Shown here: one piece after another, positions 42,391 to 54,978 of the stretch
How the letters are laid out: every line of letters starts with the position of its first letter
Position numbering within the stretch: the first letter of the stretch is position 1
Origin: Octopus vulgaris
Lineage: Eukaryota
Reading direction: 5' to 3'
DNA: 64,000 bases
Assembly (NCBI GenBank): GCA_951406725.2
Contig: OX597827.1
Coordinates: 46,004,001-46,068,000, forward strand
Program-made: the position numbers and the translations under genes
Notes under the pieces: model-generated
What the model was told of the DNA's origin: nothing
The model's database searches: none
What the model saw: only the letters and a program-made list of their open reading frames with translations

Positions 42391-43074
42391 TTAATGATAA
42401 TAATAATAATTTTTTAGAAGAACTAATAATAATAATAATAATAATCTATTATAAAAATGGATCTAGTAAAAATAAATAACTTTTACATTTACAGCAGATC
42501 AATTTATGATGGAGTAGGCTTATGACGAAAAGCATACCGGCCATGACCATCTCATATTTATAAGGGGTACACTATCTAACATAACCTTTCCTTATTTAAA
42601 GATGGCAGTGTGTCAGCAGGAGGAAGATCTGGCTGCTATTTCTAGCAAACAGATCCCTCACTGGATCATTTATGTGCATGTTTTAAGTTGATGTAAGAAA
42701 CAGCTTGAAAATAAAAAAAAATGGTTTTTACATAAAAATTGCATATGGAAGGTTATTAATTTAAATATGAACAATTTAAAATGAGGGTTTTGTTAGTTTT
42801 TATCCTAGAGGCAGTCTGAAGCTGGTTGGTATTAACAGGGTTAAAAGACCTGTCAGCTGCATCAACATGCATTTCAACATTCTGGTGTTTGCATTTTGTA
42901 TTTAATGCCGTCACTCCTTGCTGCGCTGCTTACATTCCAAAGTGAAAGGCAGGGGAAAAAAAAATGAAACAGATTTTGGTTTGGTTATATTTGTTTCTGT
43001 TGCTTAAGATATCTATATAAATACATACACACACATGTACATGTATGCATGTATACATATATACACACAGACAT

Positions 43075-43120
<46 letters not shown>

Positions 43121-43283
43121 ATGTATGTATATACACATATACACATATATATATACACACACACATATACACATGCATATATATATAGACACACACACAC
43201 AGATATGTAAATATATATATATTATATATATGTACGCAGTTGCATACATATATATATATATATATACACACACACGCACACAG

Positions 43284-43320
<37 letters not shown>

Positions 43321-43339
43321 CGCAGTTGCATACATACAT

Positions 43340-43387
<48 letters not shown>

Positions 43388-44942
43388 GCACACATCCATA
43401 CACACTATATACACACATACATATACAACGCACATATATGCATATTTTATTTGGAATTATTCTTTTCTATATTCTGCTAATAGAATATGATTAGATTTAC
43501 AATTTTAATACCATATCTATCCCTATGGCCACACTCACTAAAAACAAATATAAAATGCAATATGCAGACGAGGAGAAAGATTTGAAAAATCTTTGTTAAA
43601 CCCATCCCTCTGGCACCAAAATTTATAGCTTCTTTGAAAAGTGAGCCAAAACTAAAATAAAATAAAATAAAATAAAATAAAATAAAATGCAATAAAATAA
43701 ATGCAGTAAGCAAGCAAGGCGAAAGATTTGAAAAATCTTTGGTAAACCCTTCCCTCCAGCAGCAAAATTTACAGTTTCTTTGGAAAGCAAGTCGACAGCG
43801 GAGCGTCTATGCAAAGCACTAGAAACAGCAGCCTAAAACCACTCACAAATTTCTTTGAAAATAAAAGATTGGAAAAACAAAAAAACAAAAGTAAATAGTG
43901 CTATCGCAATCATCAGTGAGCTTCTATATTAATGATAACATCGCTAAAAATAAGAAGAAAAAAAGCACACACATCCCTCAATCAAAAAAAAAAAAAAAGG
44001 CCAACCGAACTTGCTTTGATTACATCACACAGTTGATTTGGTATTCTATCTAGTTTGTGATACTGATACAGGCAGGGGACAACACAATAATGTCCATTGT
44101 TGATTGAGATAAAAGAAGGAATGTTTAAAATAAAAACAGTGCTGTCGATGCTGTTTCTATTATGTTTTTATAAGGTTGTGGACTGAAGTCGATTAAAGAT
44201 ACCGATGGTGGAATAGAAGAGAGGGGAAAAAAAAAAAAAAAACAGAAACAAAAGAGACTCGAGAGCTCCGCGTATTTGATTGAAGACAGCAAAGAGTTAA
44301 ACTGGGCAAGCTGCTGCAGTGCTATTGATTTCTCAACAGAATTACACAGAAGCAAGTAGAGAGGTATGCCTTGCTTAACCTTTCCCCGTGACCCTATATC
44401 TATGAAAACTACACATGGTTCACGTGCTTCAATTAATTTTTTTTCAAATGTAATCAAGAATTTGATTGGAATAAGTAAAGTAACTTGGTGGTGGTGATAG
44501 TGGAAAGCACTTCCTTCAGATATATATATATATATCAGCATCATCATCATCATTCAACATGTTTTCCATGCTGGCATGGGTTGGACAGATTGATCAGAGC
44601 TGGCAAGCCAGGGGTCTGCACCAGGCTCCACTGTGATTTGGCATGGTTTCTATGGCTGGATGGCCTTCCTAATGCCACCTGCTTTACAGAGTGTGCTTGC
44701 TGGGTGCTTTTATATGGCATTGCATGAGTGCTTCTTTCGTGGAACCGGCACGAGTGCTTTTTATGTGACACCAGCACAAGGTTCTTGCAGGCCAATCCTT
44801 TTCAGCAGGGAGTGCAGCTTTAACACTTACGCTGTGGAGTAAGGGTCTTCTTGAGTACAGCAAGGTACCAGGTATCTCAGTCCTTAGTCATCTCAACTGA
44901 AAGGTTCAGCATCCTGAGGTCAACCTTCTGTACTTTGTCCCA

Positions 44943-44986
<44 letters not shown>

Positions 44987-45175
44987 TGGAAATAGATGCG
45001 TGGCATTCAATTAATTAATAATTATATATATATATATAGATAGATAGATAGATATAGATAGATAGATGCAGGTGTGCCAAACTGCTTAGTTACGGGGACA
45101 TAAACACACCAATATCAGTTGTCAAGCGACAGTGGTGGTGGTGGGGGGAACAAACACAGACACACAAATACATAC

Positions 45176-45212
<37 letters not shown>

Positions 45213-46174
45213 CACAACAGGCTTCTTTCAGTTTCTGGCTACCAGATCTACTCATAAGGCTTTGGTTGCCTGAGGCTGTAGTTGACGACACTTGCCCAAG
45301 ATACCATGCAGTGGGAATGAACCCAGAACCATGTGGTTGGGAAGCAAGCTTCTTACCACACAGTCACTCCTATGCCTTATTGTTAATTTTTAGAATATTG
45401 TAAGGTAGGTGTGAGAGGCTGGATCTGGCTAGTTTGAACAGAGAACAGATAGAATATTTAGGTTGGACATGCTACAAAGAATTTTAAAAAGGGTAAAAAC
45501 ACATTAGGCACTGTAGTCCCAGATATACAAAAATACACGATGGTTACAAAACCGAAATATCTTCGATCTTGAATCTTTGCAATCAGGGCTAATCGGGAGG
45601 GAGAGGTGGGGTAGGGTAAGGCATCGTTTTTGATCTCCAATGAAGACATCCTTGGGCCATGGGAAAAGAGTCACCTTGCTCAGAAATGGCGTGAGGGTTG
45701 GTGACAGGAAGAGCATCAAAGCATAGAAAATCTGCCTCAACAAATACTGCATGACCCATGCAGGCACAGATAAAGTGGACATTAAAATGGGGATGGGAGG
45801 TGGGGGGGAGAAGGAAGAGGAAGATGGGAGGGTGGGGAGGAGGGTGACGACCACGGCAACTGTAGTGGTTCCACGAACAGAACAATGAACGCCTTGTTGC
45901 AATGTTCTACATTTCACTGTTAAAAGTAACTTCATCTGAGATCTAAACTGTTTATTCTCTTAATTAACTCAGGAGAAAAGAAAAGAAAAAAAGAGGAAAA
46001 AAAAAAGTGATTTTGGTGTACTCAGCAAAGAAGAAATCTTAGATGGAAGACGAGATGGAATAAACACAGACATACAACACCCAAGACAAAAAAAAAAAAC
46101 AGAAGAAAAAAAAAAATCAATGTATTTCAATCTATAGAAGACTGGCAGTGGTGGTGGTGGTGGTGGTGGTGGTG

Positions 46175-46207
<33 letters not shown>

Positions 46208-46419
46208 TGAAAGATATAGAGGGAGGACACAGTCTGCTAATGAGCCAGTTATTATTACAGAGTGCTGGGGAATGAAATAGTGCCTATCAATCAAGCAGAT
46301 GAGAGGTTTTGAAAATGGTCCAGAATGTAGAGAAATGGTTGATGTACTATCTTAATGGGAAGGAAATTAATTATTGAAGTTTGTTTGGGGGGTTTTGTTT
46401 TTTTGTTTTTTTTTCCTTT

Positions 46420-46640
46420 TTCTTTAGCCCCAAGTCAGCTCTGATTGAGCAGACCTATGACTGAAGCTGTTCCAACCAGAACCATTTCATTTTTGATATA
46501 TCTACTGACTATATTGTCCAATACATCATACTGTATTTTGGGGTTTTGAGGGGGTGGGGTTCAGGCAACAGGGTGTAATTTGAGGGTGGGTGGGAAAATC
46601 AGCTGCTATTTCTAGCAAATCTAGAGACCACTCAGAAACT
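46420..46640 (-). mobile_element. Interspersed family D (ggggctaaacaacaac tail; ggctgctatttctagc motif)
   Basis: Related copies at about 14530, 26425, 39735, 42540, 59040, 59660. Confidence 0.6.
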
Positions 46641-48159
46641 CCCACCAGGACTCGGTATTCACCAAGTTGCAAATTGTATTCAGTCTGCCAATGTTCAAGA
46701 TAAAAATAAATAGTAATTTTGGATGTAACTCTAAATAGCAAAGTACAAATCCTTGGAAATGTAATCCGAACTATTTTCACTACATTATAGTTCCTGTAAC
46801 TGCTGCTATTTAACCCAAGGTCAGTCCTGGCACACAACCTATAATTGTAATGGTTCTAACCACTACCACGATAACCTTGTCTTTTTTTGTTTCTCCCAAT
46901 CATTGGTCGACTAAAGCCTTGTGAGTAGATCTGGCAGCTGGAAACTAAAAGAAGCCTGTCGTGTGTGTGTGTGTTTTCTTTGTCTTCATGTATGTTAGCT
47001 GACTGTAAACAATGACCTCACTAACTCTGTCATTTGCTTGCAGCTGACAGAATGCAGCTGAAAGAATGTCTGGGTTTCTTGACAAGTCTTGAAAGGTGCA
47101 ATCTTTGTAAACAAAAGGATCGTTCATTCAGTTTGATCCATTCCCCATCTTCTGCATATATATGTCCCAGCTGTTTGTTGTTTCAGCAGATTAGGCGATT
47201 ATTACCTCACTTGGTTTATATACATACATACATATATATATACGAGCAAAACGCCTTCCATCCAATGGATGGTGCTGAGTTGTCAAACATTTAAACCAAA
47301 TTTTCTCAAAACAACTTGTCCGACCGTCCCATGGGCCTCCCCTTTGAGAAACACTGATTTAACCTAAATTTGAGACACCAGCAAAAGAAGAAATAAAGAT
47401 AGACTTTTTTTCTGTTCCAAAAGAAAACGAGTTTATTCACACAAATATGCAACCAAAGAGTTTAAAGTACCAGTAATGATAAGGCTGTTGACTGGGAGAA
47501 CACAAACATGGTTTAAACAGTAAGCTTGGCAGGAAAGAAACGTGCCTTTAAGCAGTACAAAAACAACAAAAAATGGAAGGTCAGTTATGCACAGGTTGAC
47601 GGAAGAAAAGCAGGACAAAAACGGCTTTATCGATCGCCTGGAATCAAATTTGAGCGCAATCAGATGGAGGATGCCTGAGATCCTAGAAGACACACATACA
47701 GACAGACAGAACAGATTTTATATAACAGATAATACAAAAATGGGACAAGAACGCAAAACATCCAGACAGATGATACAAAGAAAACAAGGACAAGTCATTT
47801 GGAGTTTTCTTTCCTCAGTCGAGTTCCAGATTAGCTTTGCAATGATCATTTCAAGCGAATCCATTTAATTGAACAATGCAACCATTACATCAATTTAAAT
47901 GCAGAGTAATCCTCAGCTGCACAAAAACATAGAATTAAATTAAATTAAAACAAATGGACACATTAGTATAATTTTACCTAAACACCTCCAAGAAGGTGAA
48001 GAGATAGACAAAGAACATGCTGTCTTCACTTCAGCTTAGAAGCTACTAAGGTATCAGGAAAAAAGACTTGTTAGAGATCTAGCTTGTCACTGTTTTTTGG
48101 GGTCAGTTTTGATTTATAGTTTTACTTATCAAATCTTTGTATATCAAAATCTAAGGCCA

Positions 48160-48683
48160 AGGAACTTATTTTAGAACATGGTTGAGTCCGTAAAATAGGA
48201 TTTGACTAAACCTCCATTTAGAGCACAGTTTAAGCTATCGTTTCGTGGAAGAAGATTTATGTTCCTATAACCTGTGTTAATTCTGTAACCCTTTAAAATA
48301 GAAGATAACAAACTTCATTTTTGGCACTTGATGCTTTGGGAACCAGACAAAAATTGCTGCAGCTCAGCTGGGATGTGTTACCCCACCCTCCATATTCACC
48401 AGATATTGCTCCTTTGGATTTCCACTTATTCAGGTCTTTGCAGAATAGTCTTAATGGTAAAAATTTCAATTCCTTGGATGACGTAAAAATATACCTTGAT
48501 GAATTCTTTGCCATGAAACCACCTCAATTCTGGGAAGAGGGTATTTTCAAGTTAAAGGAAAGATGGAGACGCATTGTGCAATAAAATGGTTCATATTTGG
48601 TTGATTAAAAATGTAATGGCAAGTATTTATTGACTGTTTTCTTTCCTTTAAAAATTGGCACAAACTTTCCGGATAACCCAATA
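48160..48683 (+). pseudogene. Internally deleted mariner transposon with transposase remnant
   Basis: ORF 48321-48584 contains WDVLPHPPYSPDIAPLDFHLFRSLQN (mariner YSPDLAP motif); N-terminal remnant EDNKLHFWHLMLWE near 48299 joined to the C-terminus; right TIR cacaaactttccggataacccaa plus TA; left TIR not seen. Confidence 0.9.
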
Positions 48684-50306
48684 TTTATATGTGTGTGTGT
48701 GTATGTCAATCCAATCAGGTTTCACCTGAAGCCCAACAGCAACAGTTTATTTTAACATTACAGAGTCTTAAATGAATTAAACCTTCCCCACTTTTTTTAC
48801 CTTATGTCACTCACTGTGCATAACATTCAAAATCATGAACAGCACCAGCAAAAATACATTATGGGATAAATACATTAGCTTCTTGAATTACCATGTTGTT
48901 GATTAGTTTTTAAAGAGAGTGTTGTTGTTGTTGTGATGATTGTTTTGTTTCGTTTGTTTTTCACGAAAAACACTGTTATTATTATTATTATTATCATTAT
49001 TGTTATTATTACAGGAAAGTCTTACAACACTTCGACATGGAATATTCACCAGAATTGAAATTAACGAGGTGCTCACGTGTCCCAAAAGAGTTCTGATTTT
49101 CCAGCCTTTCTAATGATTCATCAGACATTCCCTGCCATCTCAAAACCAGGGAATGCTTCAGCAGCACAAACTGACGAGTAGTTGCTCAATACACTAGAAA
49201 CAGCAGCCAAATAATCCTTAAAACCAACTAGGCAGAGAACTGGCATAGTTGTCAAAGGCATTGGACAGAATGCCTTGCATCATTTGTTCAAAATCACTAC
49301 ACCTAGAGTTCAAATCTCTCCAAGGTTTGATTCTGTCTTCCAACTTCTTTTTTAGGGTTTATTTAACAAATTTTTTTTACTTGTTTCGGTCACTGGACTG
49401 CAGCCATGCTGGAGCACCACCTTGAAGGATTTTAGTAGAACTAATTGACCCCAATAATCATTTGTTTTTTTAAGTCTAGTACTTATCCTATTGGTTTCTT
49501 TTGCCAAACTTCTAAGTTACATGGAATGTAAACAAACCAACACTGGGTGTCATGTGGTGGTGAAAAACACAAACACGTGTGTATGTATGTATATATATAA
49601 ATATATATTCTTTTACTTGTCTGCGGCCATGCTGGAACACCACCTTTAGTCGAACAAATTGACCCCAGGGCTTATCCTTTATAAGCTTAGTACTTATTTT
49701 ATCGGTCTCTTTTGCCAAATCACTAAATGACAGGGACGTAAGCACACCAGCAGGTGATGGTTGGGGGACAAACGTAGACACACAAACACATACACATGAA
49801 TATATATGACAGGCTTCTTTCAGTTTCCGTCTACCAGATCCACTCACAAGGCTTTGGTTGGCCTGAGGCTATAGTAGAAGACACTTGCACGAGGTGCCAT
49901 GCAGTGGGACTGAACCCAGAACCATGTGGTTGGTAAGCAAGCTAACAACCACACTGCCACTCCTATGCCTGTATATATATATGTGTGTGTGTGTGTGTAT
50001 GACAGGCTTATTGCAGTTACTGTCTACCAATTCCACTCACAAGGCTTTGGTCAGCCTAGACTTATAGAAGAAGATATTTGCCCAAGGTGTCACGCAGTGA
50101 GACTGAACCCAGAATGACACAGTGTAACAAGGCTGGCCCTTTGAAATACAGTTGATACTCAGTTTTGCCAGCTGAGTGGACTGGAGCAATGAGAAATAAT
50201 GTGTCTTGCTCAATGACACAACACGTCACCGGGAATTGAACTCACAACCTTACAATCATGAGCTGAATGCCCTAACCACTAAGCCACTAAATGTGACTAG
50301 GGTGTT

Positions 50307-50955
50307 AGGAAGTCTCAAATACAGAATAGCTGTAAAAACAGCTTAGAAGATGAGGTAAATAGCCTTAGAAAATGGTAAAAAGTGGTTGCAGGAAGTCACT
50401 ACAGGGAATCGAACCCTGTACCTAAGTTGCTTAGCTCAATGGATTAGAGTGCTCAGTAGAAATTTGAAAGGTATGAGGTTCAATTCTCTGTAGTAACCTA
50501 TTGGCAACTTTTTGCTGTTTTCTGAGACTATTTACCTCATCTTCTCAGCTCTTTTCACAGCAATTCTGCACTTGAAACTTCCTTTATTTTCTGGTATATA
50601 AGCACATACTGTTTACATAAATATATGTTTATATAAATATAAGTTGTTGTTGTTCATGGTATCTCACTATACAGCATAGCATGGGCAAACTGCCTTCTCC
50701 TGTAACTCTGAGTTAAGCAATATCCTGTGAGTGGAATTTAGTGGATAGAAATTGTGAGAGCATATTGCGTATGTGTGTGAGTGTGGTTGTGTGTGTGAGT
50801 GTGGTTGTGTGTGTGTGTTTATATCCATCTTATGTTTACTGGTCTGTCAGGTCATGTTCTCCTATGTCATAGCGTGACTTGGTGATTCAGTGAATTTAGA
50901 TTGCTAAAATAAGTGTTAGACTGAAACAAGTACTTCATAAGTATCATGTGTTATG
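50307..50955. repeat. Inverted duplicate of 61255-61864
   Basis: Long collinear reverse-complement match covering MITE, unique and old-SINE sequence. Confidence 0.9.
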
Positions 50956-51179
50956 CTGCACATGAAAGAAAACATGTACACTCACAAGGACCATAATTAT
51001 CTGAAAAGTGCCTCAGACCTTTCAGAGGATTACGGTCCATATCCGTGTATCCACTTTCATTCATGTACGTTAACTACACTGTTAGAGCAGTTTAGCTCTT
51101 ATTTCTTGCAATGTAGGTATTTCCTAACACACTAGTCACATTTGTAATTCTCCTTTTTGGTGAAACATTGCAAACTGCT

Positions 51180-51221
<42 letters not shown>

Positions 51222-51880
51222 TCATCATGGTCGTAATTTAATGTCCATTTTCCATGTCAGCATGGGTTGGATGGTTTGAGTGAGGTCTGAAGAGCCAGTA
51301 GCTACACCAGGCTCCCATCTGATCTGGCAATGTTTCTACAGCTGGATGCCCTTCCTAATGCCAACCACTCTGAGAGTGTAGTGGGTGTTTTTTACATGCT
51401 ACCGGCACAGGAGCCAGTCAGGGGGTACTGGCATCGGTCATATTTGGTTGGTGCTTTTTACATGCCACTGGCATGGGAGCCAGTCAGGTTTAAGGTTCAG
51501 TCCCACTGCACAGCACTTTGGGCAATGCCTTCTACTTGGGCCAATCAAAGCCTTGTGAATGGATTTGGTAGATGGAAACTGAAAGAGGCCTGTCCTGCAT
51601 ATATATATATATATATGCATGTGTTTTTGCTTTGTCCCAACCAACCACCACTTGCAAATTGGTGCTGGTGTGTTTACGTCCCCGTAACTTAGCAGTTCAG
51701 TAAAAGAGACAGATAGAATTAGTACCAGGCTTTAAAAAAAATAAACAAGTACTGGCAGTCGAATAATTTGACTGAAAATTCTTCAAGCTGGTGCTCCAGC
51801 ATGGCCACAGTCAAATGACTGAAACAAATAAAAGATATGTATATATATATATATATATAATAAAAGCTTTTTAACCTAAC

Positions 51881-51922
51881 TATTCTTGACAAGTCACACT
51901 ATGACAAAAACCGGTTTGAATA
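51881..51922 (+). ncRNA. Decayed minimal hammerhead (U3-A8, G12>A) in a Penelope-like terminal fragment 51859-52058
   Basis: tattc-UUGACAA-gtca cacta tgac-AAAA-accggt-UU-gaata; palindrome AACCGGUU. Confidence 0.5.
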
Positions 51923-52280
51923 AATATATATTTATATATTTTATCAATTTCTCATTTCATTAAAATTTTCTTTCAATTGAGCATTCTGCATTTTTACAAT
52001 TTTTCATTGCTTATCATTTCTCCACGTGCGGTCAACACAACCCCACCATTTATTGATCTATATATATATATATATATAGCAATAATAATTCTCTAAAAGA
52101 GATATAGACAGTAACTGCTCGATAACATAAGGGACTAAAGCCATCTGAATATGGCTAGGGACAGGGCAGGGTGGTGGGGGTGTTACTGTTGCATTTAGCC
52201 CCAGGCGAACATCGATGTCACCAGAAAGGCCCGACACCGTCACGGTGTCCTTAACCTGCAAAGGGAGGTAATTCCCCGAT

Positions 52281-52354
52281 GAAGCGGAAACCACACACGG
52301 ACCATGGTTTCAAGGTGTATTGCCTATCGTCGGCGTGTGGTAGGCTTCCGCTTC
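52281..52354 (-). ncRNA. Type I hammerhead ribozyme (U4C core variant), copy 1
   Basis: Reverse complement of 52899-52972; predicted cleavage GUC between 52300 and 52299. Confidence 0.8.
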
Positions 52355-52640
52355 CTCGACGAATTCTCACTCTGCAGGATATTCATATATAGATTTTCAA
52401 GCAAAATACATTTGCTGATTTCGAAAATCTGTTCGAAAGCAATAATAATTCTCTAAAAGAGATATAGACAGTAACTGCTCGATAACATAAGGGACTAAAG
52501 CCATCTGAATATGGCTAGGGACAGGGCAGGGTGGTGGGGGTGTTACTGTTGCATTTAGCCCCAGGCGAACATCGACGTCACCAGAAAGGCCCGACACCGT
52601 CACGGTGTCCTTAACCTGCAAAGGGAGGTAATTCCCCGAT

Positions 52641-52714
52641 GAAGCGGAAACCACACACGGACCATGGTTTCAAGGTGTATTGCCTATCGTCGGCGTGTGG
52701 TAGGCTTCCGCTTC
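52641..52714 (-). ncRNA. Type I hammerhead ribozyme, copy 2
   Basis: Identical to copy 1, 360 bp downstream; cleavage between 52660 and 52659. Confidence 0.8.
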
Positions 52715-52898
52715 CTCGACGAATTCTCACTCTGCAGGATATTCATATATAGATTTTCAAGCAAAATACATTTAGCAGTTACTGTCTATATCTCTTTTAG
52801 AGAATTATTATTGCTTTCGAACAGATTTTCGAAATCAGCAAATGTATTTTGCTTGAAAATCTATATATGAATATCCTGCAGAGTGAGAATTCGTCGAG

Positions 52899-52972
52899 GA
52901 AGCGGAAGCCTACCACACGCCGACGATAGGCAATACACCTTGAAACCATGGTCCGTGTGTGGTTTCCGCTTC
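52899..52972 (+). ncRNA. Type I hammerhead ribozyme, copy 3
   Basis: gaagcggaagcc-tac-cacacg-CCGACGA(52920-52926)-t agg caataca cct t-GAAA(52942-52945)-ccatgg-UC-cgtgtg-t-ggtttccgcttc; cleavage after 52953. Confidence 0.8.
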
Positions 52973-53120
52973 ATCGGGGAATTACCTCCCTTTGCAGGTT
53001 AAGGACACCGTGACGGTGTCGGGCCTTTCTGGTGACGTCGATGTTCGCCTGGGGCTAAATGCAACAGTAACACCCCCACCACCCTGCCCTGTCCCTAGCC
53101 ATATTCAGATGGCTTTAGTC

Positions 53121-53165
<45 letters not shown>

Positions 53166-53783
53166 CAAACACGCACACACACAAATATATAGTCAAAGGT
53201 CTGGTATCCAAAGACATACTACTGGTAACCATGCAAGCCACTAAAATCTGTGCCATGGGTGGATCTTTGGTGACTAAAATGGAACCCATTAAAATTGTTT
53301 GGTTGCTTGGTGAGGAGAACTTTTGGACAAGTTGCAGTATGAACTTGTGGAAAGGTTGAACAAACTCAAAAAAAAAACTCAACAAGTCAACAACCACATT
53401 ATCATCATTATCGTCATTTTACTCCAGCATTCCAGGTTGGCTTGGGTTGGAGAGTATGACAGGATTCAACAAATTGGGGCACCACATCCTCCTCCCTTTA
53501 CATGGCACCAGCACTATAGCGATTGTTGCTTTGCCATCAGCTAGCCCAATGTTGTTGTCGTTTGGATTGATTACCAAGCACTTAAGTGTACTGGGTATTT
53601 TTTTTTTTTATTCTGGCACCAGCACTGTTGAGGTCAACTTGTAGCTAGCCACCCCATAATGGAAGCAATAAAGTTTAGCAACAAGAAGAGCATCTGACTA
53701 TAAAACAATACTTCAACAATATGCATTTGTCTAACCCATGCAAGCACGGAGAAGCGAAAGTAAAACAAATATACACATATTAT

Positions 53784-53894
53784 ACAGGAGTGGCTGTGTG
53801 GTAAGTAGCTTGCTTACAAACCACACAGTTCCAGGTTCAGTCCCACTGACCAAAGCCTTGTGAGTGGATTTGGTAGACGGAAACTGAAAGAATC

Positions 53895-53934
<40 letters not shown>

Positions 53935-54140
53935 ATGTGTGTATATGTTGTCCACCCAACATCATTTGACAACTGATGCTGGTGTGTTTACTTCCTTGTA
54001 ACTTAGCGGTTCAGCAAAAGGGACTGATAGAATAAGTACTAGGCTTATAAAGAATAAGTCCTGGGGGCGATTTTCTCAACTAAAGGCGGCGCTCCAGCAT
54101 GGCCACAGCCAAAATGACTGAAATAAGTAAAAGATTAAAG
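53784..54140 (+). mobile_element. SINE family A with internal deletion
   Basis: Head joined directly to gaccaaagccttgtgag; normal tail. Confidence 0.85.
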
Positions 54141-54644
54141 AGTATACCTGCAGGTATTAACAACAAACAAAAGTACTCAATACAAGACGCAGAGTGTAAT
54201 TGTATTTACTAAACCCATATTGGTTGCCATTCATTACTTCAAGTTTCACAAATAATCAATCTACTGGCCGTGTTGGTCTCGAATGAAAAACGTGCCTTTT
54301 CATTACAGGCCAACAAGACCATTTTATTGAATATTTAGATATTCATAGAACTTGAAGCAATAGCACACAGTATCAGCTAAATAAATAAATAAATAAATAT
54401 GTGTGTGTGCATGTGTGTATTGATGTATATATATATATATATATATATAACATACACTATATTATATTTCAAAATTTTATGCAAATTAGTATTGACTTAT
54501 CATAATACATATGTAAACAAACACAAATTCTAAAGGGAGCGAAAAAAAAAAGTCTATTAAAGCTGCACATATCTGGATTTGATCTCACCAATGTCTGACG
54601 ATACTGTTTTGTGTAAACACTTTTTTCAGGTTCACATGTAAATG

Positions 54645-54651
54645 TGCATAT

Positions 54652-54704
<53 letters not shown>

Positions 54705-54827
54705 TATATATATATACACACACACATATATATATATACACACACACACACATATATATATATACACACACACACATATATATACACACACACACATATA
54801 TAAACACACACACACACATATATATAT

Positions 54828-54858
<31 letters not shown>

Positions 54859-54883
54859 CACACACACACATATATATATATAA

Positions 54884-54938
<55 letters not shown>

Positions 54939-54945
54939 TATATAT

Positions 54946-54978
<33 letters not shown>

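Larger units (their letters stand above)
52079..53126. mobile_element. Retrozyme-like element: tandem 360-bp HHR units plus inverted permuted copy, inserted in (TA)n
   Basis: Unit 1 52079-52438, unit 2 52439-52773 (one difference seen, at 52216), inverted copy 52774-53126 equal to the reverse complement of 52127-52479; one HHR per unit. Confidence 0.85.

Noticed and set aside
53010-53070. HDV-like or twister ribozyme in the 360-bp unit
   Set aside because: P1/P1.1 or the twister pseudoknots could not be formed
52058-53192. Three MVSASSGNYLPLQVK ORFs (77-85 aa)
   Set aside because: GTG starts, produced by the repeat unit, no recognisable domain; RNA structure explains the unit better
54590-54625. 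CUGACGA motif (also CUGANGA at about 19487, 31941, 49171 and on the minus strand near 2500 and 49120)
   Set aside because: No properly placed GAAA/UH or no stem I complement
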